NCBI GenBank assembly: GCA_021654395.1
Contig: AP024486.1
Location: 180,001-212,000, forward strand
Reading direction: 5' to 3'
Length of the DNA: 32,000 nucleotides
Origin: Candidatus Saccharimonadota bacterium
Lineage (GTDB): Archaea > Micrarchaeota > Micrarchaeia > Micrarchaeales > Micrarchaeaceae
Positions 10,871 to 19,689 of this stretch are shown in pieces. A program made the translations under genes and the position numbers. Under the pieces are notes generated by a model. The model was not told where the DNA came from. It ran no database searches and saw only the letters and a list, made by a program, of their open reading frames with translations. Numbering within the stretch: the first letter of the stretch is position 1; every line of letters begins with the position of its first letter.

Positions 10871-12273
10871 TGATTAACTATCTATTAATATCGCCATTGA
10901 TCTTAGGCTTAATTGCTCTATTTGGATCTATACTATTAGACTATAAGAAAGGCAAAGCATTATCTGCTATGCTTTATGCATTATCTATAATGCTATTTAT
11001 ATATATGCTTTTATATTATAATAGTGGATTTAACTTAGAGCTTAGCTACTCATATATAAATTTGCCAATAATTCAGTTCAGCTTAGTATACAATAATGTA
11101 AGAGCTGCTTTACTGATAATGACTTCTATAGTAACGTTTGTAAGCTTAATCTCTGGTGATCTAACAGAAGAAGAGAGAAGCAAGGCAAGCAATATACTGA
11201 TCAGCCTATTCTTTATATCTGCAACAGGACTCTTCTTATCTAATAATCTGGTTCTATTTTTCATATTCTGGGATATAGGCTTAGTCTCAATGTTCTTTAT
11301 GATATATCTATTAGGATCTGTAAACAGAAGAATGGCTGCTAGGAAGTTCATGTTTTATGAGATACTTGCAAGCCTCTCACTTCTGACAGGCATAATGATA
11401 ATATACTTTTATTTAAATATAGCAACGTTCCAGATTAATGCTTTAACCTCTGCTATAAGCAGCCTGCCATTATATAAGCAGATAATACCTTTTATCTTTA
11501 TACTATTCGCATTTCTAATAAATATGCCAATATTTCCATTCCACAACTGGCTACCAGATGCACATTCAGAGGCATCTACTCAGGGTTCAATGCTTCTATC
11601 TGGTGTACTGACTAAGTATGGTGCATTTGGAGCTTTGCTATTATACATAATATTTCCAGATGTGATAGTCAGCTATGGCTTTTATATAGGATTATTGGCT
11701 ATAATATCATCTATATATGCAAGCATACTTATACTTAGACAGAGAGATATAAAGAGAGCTATTGCTTACAGCACTATAGTAGAGCTTGGTATAATACTAT
11801 TTGCTATAACTGCTGCATATAACACTCTAGCTTTCTATGGCTCTGTATATGCTATGCTTGCACATGGCTTAGTAATAGCAATGATGTTTCTTGTAGCAGG
11901 AGCAATAAGGATGAAATATCAGATAAGAGATGTAAATATATTAAGCGGCATAGTCCATACTGATAATAGGCTTGCTTATGCATTTCTGTTTGGAGTATTT
12001 ACTATAGCGGGTATGCCTCTAACAAGCAGCTTTATAGGGGATCTTCTAATTGCATTTGGCTCTGTAGTGAGATATAAAGCATTGACTGTGCTTCCATTTA
12101 TAGCCTTATTTATTAATGTTGCAGTCTTTTATTATATATATCAGAAGAGCTTTGTAAGCAGAAAGAAGTATAAGCCAATAAATAAGCTTGACCCATTAGT
12201 ATATACTGGCATATTTATATTAATTGCATCCATACTTTTATTTGGTGTATTCTCTTATATAATACTTGAGTGA
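10867..12273 (+). CDS. nuoM: NADH-quinone oxidoreductase subunit M
   Basis: PFHNWLPDAHSEASTQGSMLLSGVLTKYG signature. ATGA overlap with the nuoL stop. Confidence 0.9.
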   Translation: MMINYLLISPLILGLIALFGSILLDYKKGKALSAMLYALSIMLFIYMLLYYNSGFNLELSYSYINLPIIQFSLVYNNVRAALLIMTSIVTFVSLISGDLTEEERSKASNILISLFFISATGLFLSNNLVLFFIFWDIGLVSMFFMIYLLGSVNRRMAARKFMFYEILASLSLLTGIMIIYFYLNIATFQINALTSAISSLPLYKQIIPFIFILFAFLINMPIFPFHNWLPDAHSEASTQGSMLLSGVLTKYGAFGALLLYIIFPDVIVSYGFYIGLLAIISSIYASILILRQRDIKRAIAYSTIVELGIILFAITAAYNTLAFYGSVYAMLAHGLVIAMMFLVAGAIRMKYQIRDVNILSGIVHTDNRLAYAFLFGVFTIAGMPLTSSFIGDLLIAFGSVVRYKALTVLPFIALFINVAVFYYIYQKSFVSRKKYKPINKLDPLVYTGIFILIASILLFGVFSYIILE

Positions 12274-12279
12274 AATATT

Positions 12280-13632
12280 ATGCTAGAAGAGCTTATAGTA
12301 CTTATACCATTAATAGCATCTTTCTTAGATGTATTGCTAATTGCATTTAGAAGATCTTTAGTAAAGTATCTTGCTATTATATCTATACTTCTATTGCTTG
12401 TTATTACCGTTATAGATATAAGAGCTACTGAATCAAGCATTATATATGGTATATTTAAGATTAACCCATTAACTCTTATTATACTCTTAATACTCTATAT
12501 TATACTTTTATTAGATGCTGTAGCTTTCATAGATAGAAGTAAAGAGCTATCAATAATGACTTTATATATAGCTCCATTAACATTTGCTATAATATCTGCT
12601 TCTCTGCCATTATCTATATTGAGTATTGAGCTACTAAGCTTGATACCTATAGTAATGATGGTACTAAATAGGAATATAACGGCAGCAGTAAAGTTCTTTA
12701 TTATAAGTAGCATAGGTATAGGATTGCTGCTATCTGGATTAGCTATAGCTGCTCCTTACTTGAGCCAGTTAAGCTACTCTGAGATAAGCTTTAATCCTAT
12801 ATCATTACTTGCATTAGCTTTAATATTAGCAGGTCTTGGAGTCGAGATCTCTATATGGCCATTTAATCTATGGGTTGCGGACGTTTACTCTGAAGCAGAA
12901 GGAAGGATAACGGCGCTTATAGCAAGCATAAATAAGAAAGTTGCGTTAGTTATACTAATATTTATATTATCCATAGTCTTTAGCAGCTATATGAGCTATA
13001 ATGTAAAGATAGTGGCGCTTCTTGCAACGCTAACTATGTTATTTGGTAATATAGCTGCATTATTTGAGAATAATTTAAAGAAGATCTTTGCCTACTCCTC
13101 TATATCCCAGATGGGCTATATGCTAGTTGGTTTAGCTGCGTTTAACTATATAGGCGTAAGCGGAGTTATATATAACATACTTATACATGGTATATCGATC
13201 TTTGCAATCTTTTTGATACTTGATTATCTTGAGAGATATAAGCTCTATAATGTAGAATCTGTAAAAGGACTTTACTATAATAACAAAGAGATATCGTTAG
13301 CTGCAGTAATACTTATGCTTTCATTTATAGGAGTTCCTCCATTGGCTGGCTTCTATGCAAAGTTCTTACTATTCGGTGGCGCTTTAGACTCTGGCCTCTT
13401 ACTTTTAGTTATTATAGCAATAATAAATAGCTTTATATCTGTTTACTACTATCTAAAGATAATTATAAATATCTTCTCTTCAGATAAAAGATTAAAAGCA
13501 TTAAAGCTTAATATTATAGATAAAGGGGCTATTATTGCAGTTGCTGCTATAATAATAGCCTTAGGGGTATTTCCTAATATTATAGTAGGCACCATTCAAA
13601 ATGCTATACAGAGCTATCTTATGCTCCCATAG
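12280..13632 (+). CDS. nuoN: NADH-quinone oxidoreductase subunit N
   Basis: WPFNLWVADVYSEAEGRITALIASINKKVA signature. 450 aa, polytopic. Last gene of the module. Confidence 0.9.
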   Translation: MLEELIVLIPLIASFLDVLLIAFRRSLVKYLAIISILLLLVITVIDIRATESSIIYGIFKINPLTLIILLILYIILLLDAVAFIDRSKELSIMTLYIAPLTFAIISASLPLSILSIELLSLIPIVMMVLNRNITAAVKFFIISSIGIGLLLSGLAIAAPYLSQLSYSEISFNPISLLALALILAGLGVEISIWPFNLWVADVYSEAEGRITALIASINKKVALVILIFILSIVFSSYMSYNVKIVALLATLTMLFGNIAALFENNLKKIFAYSSISQMGYMLVGLAAFNYIGVSGVIYNILIHGISIFAIFLILDYLERYKLYNVESVKGLYYNNKEISLAAVILMLSFIGVPPLAGFYAKFLLFGGALDSGLLLLVIIAIINSFISVYYYLKIIINIFSSDKRLKALKLNIIDKGAIIAVAAIIIALGVFPNIIVGTIQNAIQSYLMLP

Positions 13633-13695
13633 TCTAGCGGCCAAGGACGCAGCCCTCTCACGGCTGAGACTCGGGTTCAAATCCCGATGGGAGCA
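13623..13695 (+). tRNA. tRNA-Glu (anticodon CTC); no CCA encoded
   Basis: Hand-folded cloverleaf. Acceptor GCTCCCA/TGGGAGC. D stem GTCT/GGAC. Anticodon stem CAGCC/GGCTG with loop CT-CTC-AC. T arm TCGGG-TTCAAAT-CCCGA. Discriminator A. It is a GC-rich island in AT-rich DNA. Confidence 0.85.
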
Positions 13696-13978
13696 TTATC
13701 TATTTTAAACGCTTACTTATCAGATTGTCAATTGGAAAAATGCCAATTATAACTTTTATAGTTATTATTTCTATTGATATAAAGAAAATATTAAATGACA
13801 ATAGAAGACAGCCACAACTTATTTATTGAGCTTGAGCTTTAGAGAAGAATAAGGATGTATATCTAATATTAGATATTCTTACTATTCTTAAATCTAAAGC
13901 AGCTTGATGTAATGATTAAACATTAAAGAAGAGTAATTTAAATATATAAAATCTATTTAAGTTTAATAGGTTAATTCT

Positions 13979-14956
13979 ATGAATATAATAATACCAAGAA
14001 AGTTAGAAAGATGATCAAATATAAGAGTAATAGCACCATCAAATAGCATGGCAATCATATCTGAGGATGTTAGATCAATAGCAAAGCAGAGACTTGAAGA
14101 TATGGGTTATAAGGTATCTTTGGCAAGCATGTAGAAGAGTCTAATGAGTTCAATTATGCAAGCATAGAATCAAGAGTAGAGGATCTTATTAAGCATTTTA
14201 AGACCCTACTGTTGATAGCATATTAACAGTTATAGGAGGATATAATGCAAATTAGCTTTTAGATTACATAGATTTTGAAGTAATAAAGAGAAATCCGAAG
14301 ATACTCTGTGGATATTCTGATATAACTATATTAAATGATTCAATACTTAAGAAAACAGGTTTAATTACATACTATGGGCCCAATTTTCAACATTTGGAAT
14401 GCTTAAAGGGATAGATTATACCATAGAGTATTTTAATAGATGTTTAGCTCAAGATAAGCCATTTAATATAATTCCGGCAGAGGAATGGAGCGATGATGAA
14501 TGGTATATAGACCAAGAAAGATGCAACTTCATAAAGAATAATGGATTCTTGCTTATACATGAAGGCGAGGCAGAAGGAAAGATAGTAGGAGGTAATCTAT
14601 CAACACTTTCATTGCTACAAGGAACTGAATATATGCCTAGCTTAAAAGATAGTATACTATTTATAGAAGACGATGAAGGGGTTAGCCCAAGAGTATTTGA
14701 TAGATAATTGCAATCATTACTACAGCAAGAAGCAGAAGGCATAAAGGCTTTAGTTATAGGAAGATTTCAAAATGCATCTGGTATAACTGATGAAGTATTA
14801 AAGAAGATTATTAACAATAAAAGAGAGCTTGCTAATATTCCTGTTATTGCTAATGTAGACTTTGGCCACACTACACCACAGATAACATTTCCTATTGGAG
14901 TTACAGTTAAAGTAATCTCTGAAGATAATCCACAAATCGAGATTCGTATTCATTAA
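13979..14956 (+). pseudogene. Decayed peptidase S66 (LD-carboxypeptidase / MccF-like) gene
   Basis: Family motifs are recoverable only by hopping between frames: [33 protein letters not shown] (nucleophile Ser), GGNLSTLSLLQGTEYMP, LFIEDDEG, DFGHTTPQITFPIG. There are at least 3 frameshifts and at least 2 in-frame stops. Track ORFs 14399..14707 and 14708..14956 are fragments of it. Confidence 0.8.
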
Positions 14957-15154
14957 CTTTTTATTTATAACCAGAGTGGCTTTTTAGATGGCTAATCATT
15001 ATTTTAGTTGCTACTGAAGCTTTATATGATATTAGAACTACAGTTTATCTAATAGATTTAATAAAATTAAAGAAGATTTAGATATAAAGAATTATTTAGT
15101 ATTTTATATTGGAATCCTTAAATCAACTTATCTCAAATTTACATCGAAGAAAAA

Positions 15155-15164
15155 TTTAAAAATA
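15155..15164 (+). promoter_or_regulatory. TATA-like box upstream of cas6 (near-leaderless cas operon start)
   Basis: TTTAAAAATA centred about 25 nt upstream of the cas6 ATG. No Shine-Dalgarno sequence is seen. Confidence 0.3.
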
Positions 15165-15184
15165 TTTTATCTCATATATTACTT

Positions 15185-15931
15185 ATGTTTCCTTACTCAA
15201 GAATAGTAGTAACATTTAGAGCTTTAGATCCAAATTTTACTTCTTCTAATCTATTCTATAATCATAATTATCCATTTTATTCAACAATATTGAGTATAAT
15301 AAAGAGTGAAGATCAAGAGTTATCTAAGGAGATACATGAAAATAAATATAAGAGAGCTTTCCTATTTTCAAACATTATACCTACTAAACGTAGGAACGAA
15401 TTTAGAATATTTATAACGAGCCAGCATAAAAAGATACAACAAGCTATAGCTAACGGCTTCTCAAGACTTAGCACGAGTAGACCTTTAATAATTTATTATG
15501 AAGGTTCTCAATACCTCTTTTCAATAAATAACGTTAATATTCAAAGCTTTTCTATATCAGATAAGAATAATACTTACAGATTCAACTTCCTTTCTTATTT
15601 TATACTTAGAGGTGAAGATGGAAAACCTATAGAGCCTAAAGATGACTCAGAATTTTCAATATACATAAAAGAAAGCTTGCTTAGAACTGTAAGAAGTATA
15701 GGAATTAAAGATGAATTTGATTTAAGGATAAACGGTAGTTGTTCTTTTAAGAAAAAGCTAATAAAAATAAAGCATGAGTTTTATAGAGCGTGGTCTGCAG
15801 CATCTCCTAAAAAAACTATTGAGATATCTGGTAGCGAGTTAGTTGCAGCTAGTGCTTTGTATCTAGGTATTGGCGATAAGACAAAGATGGGATTCGGAAT
15901 GCTTGGCATAGAGAAAGGTGCTATAGAATGA
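15185..15931 (+). CDS. cas6: Cas6 crRNA endoribonuclease
   Basis: First gene of the cas operon. C-terminal glycine-rich loop LGIGDKTKMGFGMLGI is typical of Cas6. 248 aa. Confidence 0.8.
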   Translation: MFPYSRIVVTFRALDPNFTSSNLFYNHNYPFYSTILSIIKSEDQELSKEIHENKYKRAFLFSNIIPTKRRNEFRIFITSQHKKIQQAIANGFSRLSTSRPLIIYYEGSQYLFSINNVNIQSFSISDKNNTYRFNFLSYFILRGEDGKPIEPKDDSEFSIYIKESLLRTVRSIGIKDEFDLRINGSCSFKKKLIKIKHEFYRAWSAASPKKTIEISGSELVAASALYLGIGDKTKMGFGMLGIEKGAIE

Positions 15932-17382
15932 GGCTTAATGCTATAATTAATAACACTAAAGAAGAAGCACTCTTAATACTTAAATCTTTATATCCTGAAA
16001 AATCTAGAGAAGATTTAGAAAATGAGGTTGAAAACGAGCTTAATGAAATTAAAGAAAAAGCAAATGAGATTAAAAACGAATATTTTGGTGGAAACAAAGA
16101 TATCTTCAAGAATAGATATACTTATTTATATTCAATAATAAGCTATATTGCAGTTTCGATAAGAGAGGAAAATCTTGGAAAACTTTTTAATAGGAAAGGT
16201 TATAAAACGAATGACCCAAATAATCATATAAAAGACTTCTTACCAAAGAACGCTATTATTCTAGATCCAAAAGAAATCAAATCTCCATCTACGTTACAGC
16301 CTTATATTAAGAGCTTTACTGACTATCTTTTCTACCTCTTTTTGATAAACCCATTAATAAAACCATCAATTAAAATTAATACGAGCAAAAGAAGTAGGAA
16401 TAAGCAGAAAGACGAACTTTACTGTATTGCTTGTGGTAGAAGTGAAACAAAGCTATTTAATCCAGTATTCTTTGCTAAGTTATCAAATGCTACAAATCTA
16501 ATAGTAAATACTGTAAAAGGTAATCCATTAGATCTTGTATGCTTTAGCTGCAACTTTTGGATTTTTATATCTGATTTTATATTGGCTAACAGGCACAAGG
16601 TAGATACGAGTTTTATTTATTATGCCCTTTTATCAGGAGATGGTAAATATATATCTATTGAAAATACCCTAGAAAGATTTGTAAAGGAGTATTCAATTAA
16701 CAGAAGCGCTGACCTTGAGATACTATTTTTTATTAAAGAAAAAGGAAATAAGAATGATACTTTCTTAGGCCAAGCTAGATTTAACATAATGCCAAGATTG
16801 GCTGAGATATATGAAAATGAGCCCAAAAGAATAAAGAACTTTCTTAAATCTTTCCTTTTCACGGGTGAAGTTGAAGAGCACATTAGAAATGGTATTATTA
16901 AACAAAAAGAGGATGTATATATTAAAAGGAATATCCTAGATCTTCTCAGCTTTATAGAAACAGGTTTTATACCAGATGATTTATTTATATTATTTAATGA
17001 ATATATGCGTGAGAATTACGATAGATCCTCTAAGAAATCAAGGATATTTAAAGATTTTAAATATTTTCTAGTGGTATATATGAATAACGAAGAAAAGAAT
17101 TATATAAAAGAAGGCCTTAAATTTGCTAAAAGTTTGAAAAACTCAGTTAAAGATGAGGATGAAAAAGAAAGTATGAAAAAGTACATAATTTCAATTTCTG
17201 CTGTAATGGAGTCTAGCGGGACAGAGTTCTTAAGGCAAATGAATACTATTTTAAGAATGTACAAGCCAGTTATTGATGAATCTGATGAGATGACTGAAAA
17301 TCTTATAAATATAGCAAATAATAAAAGATATCTGAGCGAATTTGTAACAGGGTTGCTTTTAGGATTATCTACTAATGAATAA
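15928..17382 (+). CDS. cas8b: Type I-B large subunit Cas8b (Csh1-like)
   Basis: Position between cas6 and cas7, with an ATGA overlap onto cas6. 484 aa. Cys pairs CIACGR...CFSCNFW. The call rests mainly on synteny. Confidence 0.65.
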   Translation: MRLNAIINNTKEEALLILKSLYPEKSREDLENEVENELNEIKEKANEIKNEYFGGNKDIFKNRYTYLYSIISYIAVSIREENLGKLFNRKGYKTNDPNNHIKDFLPKNAIILDPKEIKSPSTLQPYIKSFTDYLFYLFLINPLIKPSIKINTSKRSRNKQKDELYCIACGRSETKLFNPVFFAKLSNATNLIVNTVKGNPLDLVCFSCNFWIFISDFILANRHKVDTSFIYYALLSGDGKYISIENTLERFVKEYSINRSADLEILFFIKEKGNKNDTFLGQARFNIMPRLAEIYENEPKRIKNFLKSFLFTGEVEEHIRNGIIKQKEDVYIKRNILDLLSFIETGFIPDDLFILFNEYMRENYDRSSKKSRIFKDFKYFLVVYMNNEEKNYIKEGLKFAKSLKNSVKDEDEKESMKKYIISISAVMESSGTEFLRQMNTILRMYKPVIDESDEMTENLINIANNKRYLSEFVTGLLLGLSTNE

Positions 17383-17392
17383 GTGATGGGAT

Positions 17393-18901
17393 ATGCCTAG
17401 AAAAAATGAAGAGAGTGAAGAAAGTGAAGAAATAAAGAGCGTAGTGAATTTTGGTGATTTTAGAAAAGTAAACGCACCAGTTTCCTTTAAAAAAGGCACA
17501 GTAGTAGCAATTTACTATTCCCTACCTTCAAACCAAAATGGAGGAGGAAGCTCTGGAACCAACGTAATAACGCAGAAAGTAATTCCTTTCGGAAAAGATG
17601 AAATGAGAGTTTATGTAAGTCCATTTGCATTAAAAAGGAGAATTCGCGACTATTGGATAAGGCTAAATGATGAAAAAGTTAAAGTTTATTTAAGAGAATC
17701 TAGAGAAGTTCTTGAAAGAGAGAAAAGTACAGGATCTGAAAAGGATAACAATAAGCAACAGAATAGCTCGGCTAGTCAAAATGGCGCGTCTATGGGTACA
17801 CAATTACAGAAAAATGGAAATAATACTGATAATAAAAACAATTTAAGCAACCTTATAGAAGAATATATAGATATTGATCTATTTGGTTATATGAAAGCTG
17901 AAAGTAGAAAAGCACCAGCACTTACAAGGCCAGGTCCAATTACTACTTGGGGAGCAATATCATTAGAACCCTTTGTGGCTTTTGTTGATTTTAATACTTC
18001 AGTAGAATCGACAACAGGATCAAGTGAAGGAGGTTCCATAATAAATAGGTACATATCAACAAACTTTTATTTCACTTCTTTCTTTATTAATACAGATCTT
18101 ATATCTATTGATATGTCAGATGTAGAAAAGAAGGCCAGTAATAAAATGGAAGATAAATTTAAAGATGAAGAACGCGATAAAATATTAAATAAGAGAAAAG
18201 AAAGACTCAAGTACTTCTTTGAAGGTGTAAAGTATGCTATGCAGAAAGAGGTAGGAGGTCCTAGAGATAGACCAGAATGCGTATTTCTAGCAGTAGAAGT
18301 AACAGAAAACCATTATGGACACTTTGATAAATGGATCCTTAAAAATGCAAAAATAGTAGATGTAAATTCTGAGAAACAAGATAATAATAAAGAAGATGCG
18401 AATAGAGAAGACATAAAGGTAAAAATTGATTTTTCTAATTTAAATAAATCAGAACATGGTGACATATATATATTAGTATGCGATGAGAATTATGTAAAAT
18501 TAAGTTGTGGTAATAATGAATTAGACCGTGAAAAATTAATTAATTGCAACGAAAATGGAAATCAAAGTAGCAATGCTAATAAATGGCCTAAGTTTGCAGA
18601 TATAAAAACAGTAGTCGATTTCCTAGTAGGTAAAATAGAGATTACAAAAGATGAGCTTGCTTTAATTAAAAAACTTATTAACATGAAACCTACAGAAAGA
18701 ACAGTAAGTGATATAGAAAAGATGCTTAATGATAATGAGAAAGAGACGCTAAAGGAGCTTATAAAAGAAGGCTTTGTTATAAGATTTAAGAAAGCAAATG
18801 AAGATGAAGAGCACTACACAATACCAGAAGCGGTATATAAAGCAATAAATAAAGAAGAGTATAAATTACTTGACAATAAAAATAATGGAGAGTCTGTTTA
18901 G
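17393..18901 (+). CDS. cas7: Cas7 backbone subunit (Csh2-like), unusually long with a C-terminal extension
   Basis: N-terminal SNQNGGGSSGTN...VSPFALKRRIRDYW, and IDIDLFGYM, the D-x-LFGYM motif of Cas7. 502 aa, against my recollection of roughly 300-350 aa for typical I-B Cas7. Confidence 0.85.
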   Translation: MPRKNEESEESEEIKSVVNFGDFRKVNAPVSFKKGTVVAIYYSLPSNQNGGGSSGTNVITQKVIPFGKDEMRVYVSPFALKRRIRDYWIRLNDEKVKVYLRESREVLEREKSTGSEKDNNKQQNSSASQNGASMGTQLQKNGNNTDNKNNLSNLIEEYIDIDLFGYMKAESRKAPALTRPGPITTWGAISLEPFVAFVDFNTSVESTTGSSEGGSIINRYISTNFYFTSFFINTDLISIDMSDVEKKASNKMEDKFKDEERDKILNKRKERLKYFFEGVKYAMQKEVGGPRDRPECVFLAVEVTENHYGHFDKWILKNAKIVDVNSEKQDNNKEDANREDIKVKIDFSNLNKSEHGDIYILVCDENYVKLSCGNNELDREKLINCNENGNQSSNANKWPKFADIKTVVDFLVGKIEITKDELALIKKLINMKPTERTVSDIEKMLNDNEKETLKELIKEGFVIRFKKANEDEEHYTIPEAVYKAINKEEYKLLDNKNNGESV

Positions 18902-18930
18902 CAGAACAATAAATAATAAGACAGATTGTT

Positions 18931-19689
18931 ATGAATCTAGAAGATTATTTTATTTTTGATATAAAATTAGATTCTTATTTAGCTATGTTTAAGGACAAAA
19001 GAACAGCTACTACTAGAGTATCGCATTTGATACCAAATAAAAGTCAGATTATAGGAATGCTTTTAGCAAAGCTTGGCTTTATAAAGTCATATACTCTAGG
19101 TGACCTATTCGATAAAAATCAGATTCATACCTATAAAAATTTTAATGGCAATAACCTCTTCAATATAAAGTATGCAATAAAAGTAAATATGAGCGGCAGT
19201 TCTACGATAAAAAGATTTCTAGATTACGTAAATTTTGTGGGCGTAGGCAAATATTCTAAGCTTATTGTTTCTCCAGTTTATATAGACTATATAGTCAGTC
19301 CGTCTTATGAAATAGTGATATTTATTCCAAGGAATCTAGATATACTAAGTAAAGAAAAGGATCACCTACTAGACAAAAACTATGAGATGTGTAAGATCTA
19401 CTTTGGTACTAATGAATGTCCTGCCCATATAGAAGAGATTAATGAAATCAGCTACGATGCTATAAATAAGGAAACGGGTCAGATCTCTACAGAATTTGTA
19501 TTACCAAGGTCTAGTATAAAAGAAGTATTATCTGATAACTCCAATTTCATAATAGAAGAGATTGAAGATTCTGAAGGTAAAAATCAGATGAAGGAAGTTA
19601 TAGTGCCTATTGGATCTAAAGTTAAAGTTAACTTAAATGAAGATATTGAATGCTTTAAATATAAAGATTATAGTTTCGTGGTTTTATGA
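18931..19689 (+). CDS. cas5: Cas5 subunit
   Basis: N-terminal Cas5 motif ...KDKRTATTRVSHLIPNKSQIIGMLLAKLGF. Position between cas7 and cas3. Confidence 0.75.
   Translation: MNLEDYFIFDIKLDSYLAMFKDKRTATTRVSHLIPNKSQIIGMLLAKLGFIKSYTLGDLFDKNQIHTYKNFNGNNLFNIKYAIKVNMSGSSTIKRFLDYVNFVGVGKYSKLIVSPVYIDYIVSPSYEIVIFIPRNLDILSKEKDHLLDKNYEMCKIYFGTNECPAHIEEINEISYDAINKETGQISTEFVLPRSSIKEVLSDNSNFIIEEIEDSEGKNQMKEVIVPIGSKVKVNLNEDIECFKYKDYSFVVL

Noticed and set aside
11073-12713. Antisense track ORFs 11073..11351, 12255..12440 and 12495..12713 (all minus strand)
   Set aside because: They are embedded antisense in nuoM and nuoN, which carry unmistakable family signatures.
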